DNA of 64,000 nucleotides from Tubiluchus corallicola (taxonomy: Eukaryota > Animalia > Priapulida). Under the pieces are notes generated by a model, which ran no database searches, was not told where the DNA came from, and saw only the letters and a program-made list of their open reading frames with translations. The stretch is from contig JAQGDQ010000336.1 of assembly GCA_030141605.1 (NCBI GenBank), positions 194,357 through 258,356 of the forward strand, in the 5' to 3' direction. Both the position numbers and the translations under genes were made by a program. Of this stretch, positions 14,114 to 26,800 are shown one piece after another (position 1 is the first letter of the stretch; each line of letters opens with the position of its first letter).

Positions 14114-17100
14114 ACTTTGTAAATACAAAATCCAAACTATTGTTAATTATTTTGTAATTTCATCGGTACACAATGTTTTAATTTTAATACACAAACTATT
14201 AATATAATAATAATTATATTACAATAATTTAAATACATGTATAACATTCTTCACTATAAGGTCAAGAATTTTCAGACCTTTTCAGAATCTTGTTCGCAGC
14301 AAGAATAGGATTTTGACAAGCTCTTGGTGAAGTAACAAAAGACGACAAAATCAGCTTTCACAATGATCTCAGAGCTTTAGCATCACATCTGAAAATCACT
14401 GTGAAAACCCGTTTGTCTGCAGACTCCGCAACCTCTGATGGTATGATGAAAAGCCACGAGGTCAAAAAGATCACATTTTTTCTCCTCACTTCAAGCAGCA
14501 ATTTCACAGAGAAGAACAGAGGAGGACACTTGTTAATGTTGCCTCACACGCATTAAATGTTAGGCAAATACTCATCAAAAGAACCTGCAACAGAAACAAA
14601 GCAATATATTTCAATAGAAGAAAAATTTTGAGGAAGAAGGGTGAATTCAAAAATAATGGAGCCACTACCGTGACAATACCAATGTGTTGTGGCTGTTTTG
14701 TTTCTGTCTAAACGACACACATTCGTATTAACCCAGTAAAGGAAAATGTGAAAAGAATGTCATAAAAAACAAATAAAATGTAAGTCATGAAGCCATTTTC
14801 TTTAAGATTTAATAAGTTTTTTTCACCGTTTAGAACTATTGAAATTTCGAGTACAGGAACATATAGCTTGCAGGACTGATTTTTCGACATGCTTTACAAT
14901 TTGGGTGAAAAATCAATTTTGCTGCTAGCTAGCTAAAGAAAAAAACAGTGGCGGTAAGAATACCTGGATACAAATTTCTATCAAATATTTAATAGTGAAC
15001 ATGTCATATTATCATATATTTCATGTAAAACCAAACTAATTTACAAACGATTTTAATTGCACACAACCCAAATAAATGTGCAAACAAACTGCATATAACC
15101 ATGTCAAGGAAGCTAAAGAGACCAATTATTTCCCTCAAGCAAGTGCGATAGATAAACATTTTTGAGGAAAAAATGCAATATTGGTGTAAAACAGCGTCCT
15201 GGTACAGAGCAGACTACAGATGTCAAGCAGGCAGTCATTTTTTATACAATGTACGTGATAATAAGCTCCGAGCTGAGGGACCCAGGCACGCCATGTTAGC
15301 GATAGCATCAGTATAACCTACGTCAAGTGGGTCTAACAAAAGCATATGCTCGTCAAAACGGGTCTTGTATGACATGTTCCTTGCGCAAAAATATGGCAGG
15401 AATTTCAATGTTATTCGTGTCGTCACGAGTAGGAAAATTATCAGGAATGTGTAATAATGGGCGCAGAATGCATAAAAATAATTAAGTGACATTCATTAAA
15501 TAAAACTGCTAAAAGATCAATGCATTTTTATTTTTGAAGGTTAAAAGATATGTGCTTGCCCACTGAATTCTGTATAAATTTATGATTATATTTGTCTATA
15601 TAAAAAATTTAGGCCTATTATCTTAAAAGAACAGAAAGGCAGAGCGACGTTAATATTAATATTACGCAAAACTCTGACTTTAAAAGACCAACGCACATAT
15701 ATTGATTTTTGATTATCAAAGTGTACGTGCGTTTTGCCAAAATTTATATAAAAGTATAATTAAGTTGATATACTTCTATAAAAATAATCTTAAAAAGCAG
15801 AAAAGCATAAGGTCATTAACGCTTATTATTATGCTACACATAATTTCGCGTAATAAGGGTCAACTCATTACACACTGTTATGTGCTAAAATTTTAATTTT
15901 ATAAATTTCTTAATCTGACGAGGCACATCTTAAGACGCTTGGCATCTTGACTTTCACGGAGCATGTTTCAAAGATGTCTTGTAAGAAGCTTCCTGCCCAA
16001 TGTTCCTGCAATAATAAAGAAACTGTGAAATTGTATTTACATTGTCAATTTTACACCAGGTATTCTCAACGAGGTAAAATGGATTTTGCGGTAATTAGCG
16101 ACCATGAAAAGAGACCGCTACACCTTGTTTGGTGCCGACACATTTTTGTTCAGGTGCCGATTTGCTCAAGAATGTAAAGGTGAGAATTGTGAAATTACTC
16201 AAATTCACTTCAAAATCTAATTCTGACAGATCAATAACAGAATCCGAGAAATTTTATAATCTTAATTAAAAATCGATTAAGAGATTACTGTAAATCAAGT
16301 GGCTTAGGCTATCAAAACGGAACATTAAAAATATATTTGGCAAAAAAATGACGAAGCGCCTAATACACACCGAGCTACACTGCTGATAAATGTTGTTTCT
16401 TAAAATGAGATTTTAAAATGGTAAATGCCCAACGATGATTTCTAAATTGTAAACATTATCATCAGTGCTTATATGTGTACGTAGAAGTATAACTATCAAT
16501 TTCAACGATTTGATATGCGATGATCTTCGCCGGATTATGGTTTTTTAGCCCCTAGACTATTGAAACTATTGGGCCCTTCTCAGACGGAACTACCCTCTAA
16601 CTCGCTAGCACCGTTTTAAATATTTTACTCAGGATATATTTTAGCGACATTCACGTAGCAGGAAGTAAGCTTATTGCAAATTCTTTAAATAAACTAGAAT
16701 AAATATTTTTTGTTTATCAATATTTTTTAAGAACTACCACTGTTTTACTATTTATTACAAACCTAATTAGCACATTTCAACACAATCGTTATGAAAAAAC
16801 AAATGTTAATTTTGATTTTTTATCAAATGTTACAAAAACTTGAGGGCTGCAGCTTTTACTAGTCCCTGGGATAAACCGACGCTGGCGATGATTTATTGTA
16901 TGTTTGTATCTGATTTTTATAATTTCTTGTATGACGTGCTTGCTTTGTGTTTTACAAACACATTCTGTAACTTCTGTTGTGCTATGAGCAAGCTAATCTA
17001 TGGGCATACCAGAGTTCTCGGCGGACTGTTTTCTTATACAGCAGCAAATCGGCCCAGTCAATGTCCACGTACACTGAATTGTAATATGCAGTCATGAACA

Positions 17101-20100
17101 CTACTAGCACATAAAACACAAACATCACGGATATGCTCTACTAATTTCATTTTTTTTTGTTAGGTGAAACAAACTATTAAGTGAAAAAATGCTTTTGAAA
17201 GCCGCTGTATGTGCAAAACACGAAGAGACTAACAAAACGTTTACATTCATTGGCTTATATTTTTTGAAGAAAATGAAAGATGCAGTGAGCGTGTAAATGA
17301 TTAGTAAAACTTTGCCGTGCATCCGTGGCAAATTTTACTGCTATCAAAGCACCCCGCGCATCAGTTCCGTTTCCCCATTTAGATTATACTTTTAAATTTA
17401 AAAGTATATCTTAAGTCGCAACTCGGGAATCTTTTCTTGGGTCATTAAAATTATGATATGGTATTATCTAGCACGTTATCAAATGCTTAATCAAAACTTC
17501 TAATCTCAAAAACAACAAATTCATTAACCCTTGGAAACTCTACAAAGTATGCTATAGCATAACTGTTAGCAAAACTATAGCATATTACACGAAGACCAAA
17601 TTACAGCATTCTTCAAGCTTATTGCGTGTTCAAGAGGGTTAATCTTAAGAACAAAAATACAAATTAAAGATGCCGTGATAATGCCACGAAGAATAATAAT
17701 AGCCTTTGGGAAAATACAGCAGAGCCTCGCTAAATCCTTAGCGGCCGAGATTTCAGGACTAGGCCGATATAGCATATTAAACATGTTAAATGTCACTGTA
17801 AAAATTTTAATTGTCCTTAAAATACTAGGCCTGATCAATCAGCGTTATGTAGAATAGAAAACCTGCTTTGAAATCTATTATTGTATCACATATATATGGC
17901 TTCGTAAAGTGACTTAGAACACTCTGCAAACGAGAGGCTGAGTTACAGTCCAATTTCTGCCCAAATAAACGCGCAAAAATAAAACACAAATTTGCAAAAC
18001 ACTTTTCTCAGATGTATCTAATTACCTAATTAAAAAGTAAAGCTTTATTGTTTACATCTAGATAACATATTGATGCATACATATTGATACATATTGATGC
18101 ATATTGATTACATGCGCAAAGAAAACGTCGAAAAAATTAACCGCCTTCTCACAAGTACAGTTGATTAAGGCACGCTAGCATTTCTAACTATATTTACATA
18201 ATGCTGGCCTACATTTTAAACAAAAATGCTCTAATGATATGTTTCTGTTTTTCCAGTCATTAGCATTTATTTCATTAAGACACTTAATTAAGCTAGAATA
18301 CCGGCGCATGTAGCATTTCCCCAGAATCTATTCCTTAACATAACTTAGTTGCTTTTATTTTTTTAAATTATTGGTTATGATTAGAAAAAACGAACTAAAT
18401 TTTCTATCGAGTTCTTCCAATTTCTACTTTAGTTCACCCACTGAGATTTTTTCAAAGCTTTCTAAGGTATGTGCAATATAAACATTTAAGTTACATTCAT
18501 GTTTAAGCAAAATGTTTTGATGTTTACAAAGGTGACTCAACTCACAATAAGAAGAGCTCATGGTTGCAAAGTTTTGAACACAACGTTACGACAATATGTG
18601 AGAAAATTTCTGAAAAATAGGAATCTGAAATAACAATGAAGTTTTGAACAGACATAACAAATAGTTCCAACCATGTAACTCCTTAAATTCATATCATTCG
18701 TTGTTTTATGTAAAATTTTATATAAAATGTGATATAATCTATCAACAACGTTTTTCAAAGCAACTCATTGAATATACATTTGGCAGTCTCCCAAAAGATC
18801 AGCTTCCACTAGTACCCCACCCTCTTAACATGCAAGCTATCCAAATCCCATAAATAAACACCTGAGATGTTTTGATCTACTAAAGATTATGGGTAGAGAA
18901 TCATAACACTCGGTAATGAGTTAAAATTACATAACACAAGAATGGGTATTAAACCAGGAAGACTTGAGCTTGTTTGTGTATACTCTGACAAGTATGCAAA
19001 GTGTAAATTACGCTGTTCTGACTTTTCGCGAAAACTAGATCTCCTATACTGCTACTCCTTACAGATATAATGTAAAAGAACAGCTAAAAGAAATTTTTAA
19101 TACAATTATAAATATGTCAAGTGAAGTACCGATACTTGAAAACTAGAAAGTGGACATCTCATTTCATTCATTTTGTTCTTCTATTCAAAAAAGTGTTTAT
19201 TTAATCCTTGTGAAATAGTTGCTGGACAGTGACCGTAAACTTTTCTTGGCTTTACTGACGACGATTCAGTTGCCTTGTTCATACGATAAATACACTTTGC
19301 CTAACTATTCTGAATGAGTGAGTTAAATGTCTACAGTAGTTAACGATTCTAGTGTTACCTTCACTCCTAATACAGATACATTTCAAATATCTTTCACAAG
19401 TACACACCTGGAAATTGTTTAACCATTCTGCACAGAGGGTCAGGTTTGTGTGGGAGTTCAAATATTAATTTCAGATACAAGATTGTTCTCGCATTACTTT
19501 CGCATGCTTCGCGCCACATTCTTGTCTTCATCTAGCTAACGTTACAGGTTCTGATTTTTGAGCTGCTTCCAAAAGCAAAAACATTAATCTCCCAGTTATA
19601 GCTGAGTAGGATAACATGTGTGTTCACATACTGATACAATGCGGTCATACTGAATTATGATCTGGCATACTGACTTCATTTATTGGCTTCATTAAAATGG
19701 AACGGGTTAGCCTTACATTACCTTACAGTGCTTCCTTACTTTTAGTGACGTCAGCTTTATCATGGCTTCATCCGCATTTATTCAAGTGCTTCGCCGACAC
19801 GCTTGTGATCACGTTGATCACTTCTTATATCAGACGATACGTAATTATTCTCTAATCTTGCCATAGCGGCTGTATTTATTTATCTAGCTATCCTGGAGTA
19901 CAGTTGGCAGGAAGTAGAACTTGTACCTACTGGCTAAAAGTTGCAATCTTCAATCGACCATGAGCCGCTACATGCAGCGCACGTGTGAGTTACAGAAACA
20001 CATTTGGCGCTTCTAGACGCACAAGAACTTGCAAGATGTTTTTAGAAGTTAATTTTAAGAGCATGGAGTAATTCGCAGCAAATTCATAAAAGCTTGATGT

Positions 20101-20479
20101 TTGACTGAGTGGTCTGAGCCGTTCTCAAAATTCTCTGGAGGTTTTCGGAGTTGGTGCATAGTTTGCTGTCTCGCTTGACTGAACGCAAAAAAGCATTAGG
20201 ACTAAGACTTTCTAAACTTGTCCGTGGTACAATAATTGTAGTCTATTTAGGAAACTCAGGACATGAATTCATACATGGGAACTCAGGGTAACTTTGAAAT
20301 TAGCTCTATTCACTCACAGATAAAAAGTATTTACATTTGATTGTCTGGTGGCTTGTATAAAAGAATTAGGCAATTATTACACAGTATTACTTAAAAATGT
20401 TATACATCATCGCTTAATGTGATTGGGATATTTTGCACGCATTATTTAAAATTTTAGTATGTTTTTGGTGTGGACACAG

Positions 20480-20950
20480 CGACTTTTTAGACTTCATTTG
20501 TAAAAGCAAAGCAAACACCCACTATGGAACGAACTCTGTAATCAAACAAGCAATTTTACTTTGGAATTCTCTACCATTACAGGTTAAACAAATCAAGTCC
20601 CTATCAGCATTTAAAACAAAATTAAAATCATTAATATTAACCAGATATGAAATGCCATCACACCAGTACGACAACATACACACTAATTCAGAATTCATAT
20701 ACCCACGGCCATATTAATTAAATCATAGTTTGCTTGTTTTTATTTATTTATTTTTTATTTTTTTGTATATGGTTGTAAATATGTTTGATTTTATTCGTCA
20801 TTACTGCACAGTAGTTTAGATTGCACTGACGCATTTGCCTTCAGCAGTCTTTATTAACTAACACTGATTGATTATCTCTGTAAAGTTTTTATCAGTGATT
20901 ATCAGTGTTTTTAATGGCAAATAAAGATTATTATATATATATATATATAT
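20480..20950 (+). mobile_element. 5'-truncated CR1/L2-group LINE 3' end
   Basis: ORF2 C-terminal signature ...YGTNSVIKQAILLWNSLPLQVKQIKSLSAFKTKLKSLIL, followed by a 3' UTR, AATAAA and a (TA)n tail. Confidence 0.75.
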
Positions 20951-21611
20951 AACACTGTTTGCTGCCGGTCTAATGAATAGTGGTAACTCCGACTGATTTT
21001 TTAGCTTTTCTAATCCACAAAACATGGGAAAATCATTGGACGAACAGTACGCAGTAAACAGATGATGAAAATAATTAAGACTTCAAACCGCCTCTTTCGG
21101 CTGTCAATTTAAACTTTAAAATCGGCTTAAAACGTTTAGAATTTCATTTAATAGCGTTTATTATGAAACGTGTTTATTTGCTTGTTGGTAAACATTAAAT
21201 TTGTTTGAGGAATACTCGTGTGAGAAAATTTTGCCAAAATATTTGTGTATAATTCCCTCAGTTACACCGTTGTGTTTTGAATAACAAAGTAATTTTACCC
21301 GCTAATAGCAAACTACTAAACGAAAACGTGCCGACAGAGAAATTAAGGCCACTGGCTTGTCAACAGATAAATTATGCCAGCACTATTTAATAAAAACAAA
21401 CACTCAAATGACACACAATCCGCAAGATGTAAATGCAATGAGCCAGAAGGAGCAACAGAACAGCTGGAAAACAGCAGCAGTAGCAGCAGCAGCAGGAATT
21501 TCGATTGAAGAACAAAGAACATGCTGAATTGCTGATTTTATTATCGAACTTATAGTGGAGATAGCAAGCTGGGTTATAAATAGTAAAATGTTAAAAATGA
21601 ATGCAGGGCAT

Positions 21612-21744
21612 GAGACAGAAAAAGAGGGACAGAGAAAGAAAGATAGAAAGATCGGGGAAAAGGGAGAGAGAGAGAGAGAGAGATCGGGGAAGGGGAGAGA
21701 GATGGGGGAACGGGAGAAAGAGAGGAGAGAGAGGGGGGAGAGAG
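21612..21744. repeat. GA-rich purine tract
   Basis: Directly visible. Confidence 0.8.
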
Positions 21745-23785
21745 TTCTCTGAGGTGATGAGATGAAACGACAGATCAGCTGTATTGGATGCCTACAAGTT
21801 CTTCAACTAGGCAAGTGGTTGAGGCAGTAGAGCACAAGTGGAAGTTTTCTTTACTTGCTGACGAGAGATGGCCACCTTAACTGAAAGCAATAAGCATAAA
21901 CGCGACCTTTAGCTCAGTTTGCATTCTGATGGCCGTTCAGGAAGTTCAGATATATCAAAGGAGGAAAAATATTAATCCAAAGCATGAAGTACGAAATTCA
22001 AAGTAATTTTTCTTCAAGAATTGCAGTCTAGAAAAAGACATTAGCAAAACAAATCTTGCTTGCTGGAATGCGCGCATTTTAATTAGGTTGCATACCTGTT
22101 TTTGCTGTCTCTCAAAACGGAGCAAATATTTATTATTGCCTGGCGTTTAAGTACCCTACAAACCGACAAACAAAAGATAATGCGATGAATTGCCCAAATT
22201 AACCACTTTTTTGATAATTGCTTTTTAATTGTTTCTGGTAGAGTAGCACCGAGACGTGGTGCAAGCCAAATAGCGCTAACGAAAAGAAAAACAGCCTAGA
22301 TAAATATTTTCCTAGCGTTGCATAACACAGCCGTCAAACCGCTATTCAAATTACAGGTAATTTCACAGGTGAGGCAAAAGGATTTGCGACACAGGTGTCG
22401 GCCGGACAAGTAAGATAAAAAGGAGACAAGAAAATCTTCTTGTCTTTAAATTTTAATACACAGGAAACATGAGTAAAACGCACAAAAATCGGAACGCGTG
22501 TAATCTCTACTGAGCACTGGAGTTCACTAAGCCGGGTTCTGGGGAATCTAAACAAACATGATCTACCAGATTACACAATACCCGGACCGGTTTCGCTGCC
22601 TAAAATCCGACACCGATCAGGAAAGCTGCGTCAACCAAGAAACGTCGCATCAACTGCAACTTGACATGATTTTTCTTGTAATTAATCTAAACTAAATTTC
22701 ATCCTGGTGTTTGTGACGGAGTGTAGCATCAAACGTGGTTATGCTTGACGGATAACTAACAGAGCTTCCTTGTTACGTACAATATTAACCGTCTGATCAG
22801 GGATTAGAGAGAGTATTAAGAGCTATTACAGCGTGGAACTGCAGTAACGTATCATTTAGCTTCATCCAAATTATACTAAATGTAAATAAGAATAAATCAC
22901 TGAACGCAAAAGTTCTAGATTCAGAACTAATTTTTATATGGAATTCCAACTAATGACAATTTAAGGGCGATATACATCATTATAGTAACATCTATACAAA
23001 ATATGCAGGCCTTGCAGCCCTATATTATACTGGCAATACTAAGACTATAGATTCGCATTTAACAAAACTAAAAACATTCTTTTAGTTTCTACGATCTTTT
23101 GTTTTCAAAGTGGACAAAGAGTTACTTCTGTGAGCTTTAGAAATACGTAATTTTGATAGCAAATTTTTGTAAACATTTGTGAACTAAAATCATAAATCTG
23201 AATGCGATATTTTTGCCAATTTTATGCCCAACTTCCTTATTTATACAGCTGCGTGTATGCAATGAGCTTAGAGGATGGACTATATCATAATTGCGCTCCT
23301 GTTAACTCTGCAAACAACAGTTTTAGCCGTTAAACTCACCTAGCACGGTCCATCTAGCAACCAGCTTGTTTTTTGTCAAGATTTAAACGCTTAGTTACGC
23401 CATTTTGTAGTTTAATACTGCTTGGAATTTTGCTAAATACTCAAGTTTACCAAGATGTAAGTGATATATAGTAGCAGTTAAGTATGTTGAAATATGTCAT
23501 ACCTCCTGCATGAGTTGTTTTATTCAGCTTAAGCTGCTGCTATAGTAATTGGCGCAGGTGCGGAATCACCTAGATGCGTTAAATGTACCTGAACTGAAAA
23601 TTGTTTTCACTTTACAGATTTAACTTCATGTTCTATTTTTTGTGAAAATAAAGAGATCGGTGAAACAGAGTATTACAGTTAATGACTGTATATGTTCTCA
23701 TGGCAGACAAATCTTTAATAGCTCATAATGTACTTAAAATGGAGCGGTATGTGATTAGCGATCAAAGCTCTCAAAGTTATTTGGC

Positions 23786-23845
23786 GATCAAAGTTGAGCA
23801 ACGCCTAGAGCCTTGTCACTGAATGGATGGGTGCTTTACGGGAAA
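23786..23845 (+). pseudogene. Degenerate 5S rRNA-derived fragment (internal control region)
   Basis: AAGTTGAGCAACGCCTAGAGCCTTGTCACTGAATGGATGGGTG resembles invertebrate 5S as recalled (AAGTTAAGCAACGTCGAGCCCGGTTAGTACTTGGATGGGTG). The ends are missing. Confidence 0.4.
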
Positions 23846-26800
23846 ATTGCTTCTAAACGGTTTAAACAGCCATTTACGCCACACAGAAATAATGCACATT
23901 CACCTGAAACTGGCCTGAGACGCCTCCGCTGTTTCACTTTCTTGTCTTAGAGACGAGATTATCTTTAATAATGAGATGGGCAGATTCTACCATAAACATC
24001 TACGGTAAATAGTCCAAATTGCTTGAAGATCGTCAAACACTATTAAAAATTAACTTTTTCTGACGCGTCCATTAATCTAAAAAAACAAACGGCATACTAC
24101 TGTGCATGAAGCACGACTGTTTCAAAGACATATGAATTGCAGGGTATTCGGTATTTACGTTTTTCTCTTCGAGCGTTTAAAAGTAGATGCTTCTGTTGTC
24201 TACAATATATCAGGATTAAATTTACTGTTCCACATCAGAACTGGAGCGCCATGCACATAAATGAAATTGGTTAATTGACATGAAGGGTAAATTGCAGTCG
24301 GTTGCAAGATCTGGGTGTTTCTGTATTTTCCAAGTTGCGCAAACCAACCTGGGAATAAAATTTTGGGTATATGCTTATCACCTGTGATACAGTTTGACTT
24401 GTCATCCGTCTAAGCCAAGCAAACAGTTTAGAAAACGACTAAATCCACGATTAAAATTCACCTGGACATGTGCCTGCAGCGGTCTAATGCTTTAATACCA
24501 GCAGCCATATCAGTTAGAAATCTTAATCTCCGGAACGTAGAGAAAGACAGTCTTGTGATGGCTCGTGTGCCATTGTCCGCTATCACCTTACCATATGGCA
24601 CGGTTTATCTAGACCGTCCCAGCCAGATGACTTGAAACAATGCTTAAACTTACGCGAGTAATCGACACCTGAGAAGGAAGCTTTGCCATTACAGTAATTA
24701 TTATCAACCTAATCGGTCAGGTTAGAAATGCACCGCTATACCCGAAACTGTTTAATATTTGAAGCTAACATCGTGGGTCATGAACTTAGAGTTGAACGTA
24801 TCCAATAAAGCAAATATAACTGGAATAATTGTGGGCAAATATACAAAATGGGAAACGACATCGTAATGCACACTTTGACAAGTAGCTTTTAATAATACTT
24901 GATACCATTCAAGAACACAGTTATGATATAACAGTTGCAACGCATCGCAATGAAATAGTCAAAGTTGAAATTTTTTTAATGTTGTATACAGTGTGCAAAT
25001 GGGGTGAGATAAAATTAGCAAAAAGGCACACTTTTTCTCAATTTATTAGTTTAGATACACTCGTAAAGGTATCCTGGACGTAGGCTGAAACGTTAAAGTG
25101 GACTGACGGCAACAAAAAAAGACGTTTTTCGGCATATTTTCCTGTTTTTCGGAAAACTCGTACTCTCGTTTGTAAGAGAAGACAACACGCCTGGGATCGA
25201 GTCGGTACAGCAATGGAAAGACACCAATATTTTCTCCAGCAATAGATTTGCCCAGAATAATTTAAATGCTTTTCCGCATTGGATAATTCAGTTTTTCAGA
25301 CTAAGGGACATGAAGCAGCCAGCCACCTGCAGCATCTAATGATGGAACAGGACTTTTTTATTGTTTGCAAGTATGACATCTTGTGAATACATAATAAATT
25401 TTGTGTGCTTTGTTTCTCGCAGTGCAGACTGAAAAATAAAAGGCACTAAGGCAGGTTATGCTGTCTGTGCTATTCATGCTTCGGTAACTTGGCTACATCA
25501 ACTCTCCACACGTGTTCACACCTGTCTTATAAACAAGAAGAAGCTTAATGACAGTACATCGACTAGCATACTGTTTGCATAAATAGTGCTAATATTCCAA
25601 ACATTAGCTGGCAGTTCGGATGGGAGCAGTAAACAGTGGCTAATATGCAGGAGCAAGGAGTCGGTCCCACACCACAAACGAATCCCAGCCATTAATCATG
25701 AACCGTCCCACTCGCGTGAAAATAACTCATACTTCAAATAAAGACACATATGAAAAGCGTAAATCTTTGAACATACAAACAAAGTGGAAGGAACGTACCC
25801 ACCCCATATGCGATGCCGGGATGTACGCAGCATAAATAACACTAATGACTGAGCCTCTGATTAATCAACACGGTACTTTGAAAAGGGAAGCTGGCAGAGA
25901 ATAAACAAACGGTAGTCATTAAACGCTCCGGAGAAAACGTGCACAAACGGATCACACATGGTCGTCACACGCAATTCACAGAGCTAGTTTAAAAAAAAAC
26001 TTCAAATTTGTATAGGTATGCATAACTAGACCTAATAGCGACCTAGATAATTATTACAAGAATTGATGATAACAAGTCTCATTGCGCTGGCAGTCCGGTT
26101 TCAAAAATTTTGGACACAGCTTTTATGGATACAAGCACGATAAACGTAACAGTCAAAAATAGGTTTTGTAGATAGCATTGTTTTAAAAGAGTCATTTACG
26201 GGTATTGGATAACTTGAATGGAGACTGTTATAGGACCATCTAATACGAATTCAAGCTTTTTGGACACATTGATAATTTTAAATGTGTAATATTTTCTGAT
26301 ACAGGTAAATGTACGTTCCTTCAATTTTGACACATATATTTCAGCTTTTTCATAACGCATGCGTATAAAAATTCTTCAAAGCACGTATGGGCGCAGACGT
26401 AAAGAGAAGCAACATAAAAATTTTGTTTTTATGACTTTTTTCTTTAGGGCTCGTTAAACGAAATTTTTGAATAGTAATTAGTTTCATCATGAAGATAGGT
26501 CAATTTTAGACCTACATATAGTCCGAATCAATTACTAGAATTTTCAACTATTATTGGCTTATACCTGCCGTCACCTTGACTCCAGGATGATGCGAAGATT
26601 TGTATATTTGAAGAATAATTAACGGAAAACGTTAGAAATAGGTTAGGAAGTTTCAACCAGTGGTACAATGCAAAGGCACTGCCCTCCGCTGAACACTAAT
26701 CGAAACCCGCCAACAGACCAAATTAGAGACATGATCTCATGACTAATTCCGATCAGAGACATACAATTGAAAGTAGTACAGGAAATACTTTCCGTCAGCT

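Noticed and set aside
14553-14584. Minus-strand FDEYLP as a second, inverted SoxE K2 motif
   Set aside because: Only six residues match, followed by a stop, with no other SoxE similarity. It is kept only as a candidate terminal exon.
18166-18185. TAAGGCACGC matching the first 10 nt of miR-124
   Set aside because: The 3' half does not match and no hairpin partner is visible, so it is not a miRNA gene.
25190-25260. Minus-strand SIAGENIGVF resembling HMGCS LAGKRIGVFSYGSG
   Set aside because: The invariant SYGSG is absent, an in-frame stop lies just upstream, and no splice sites were found.
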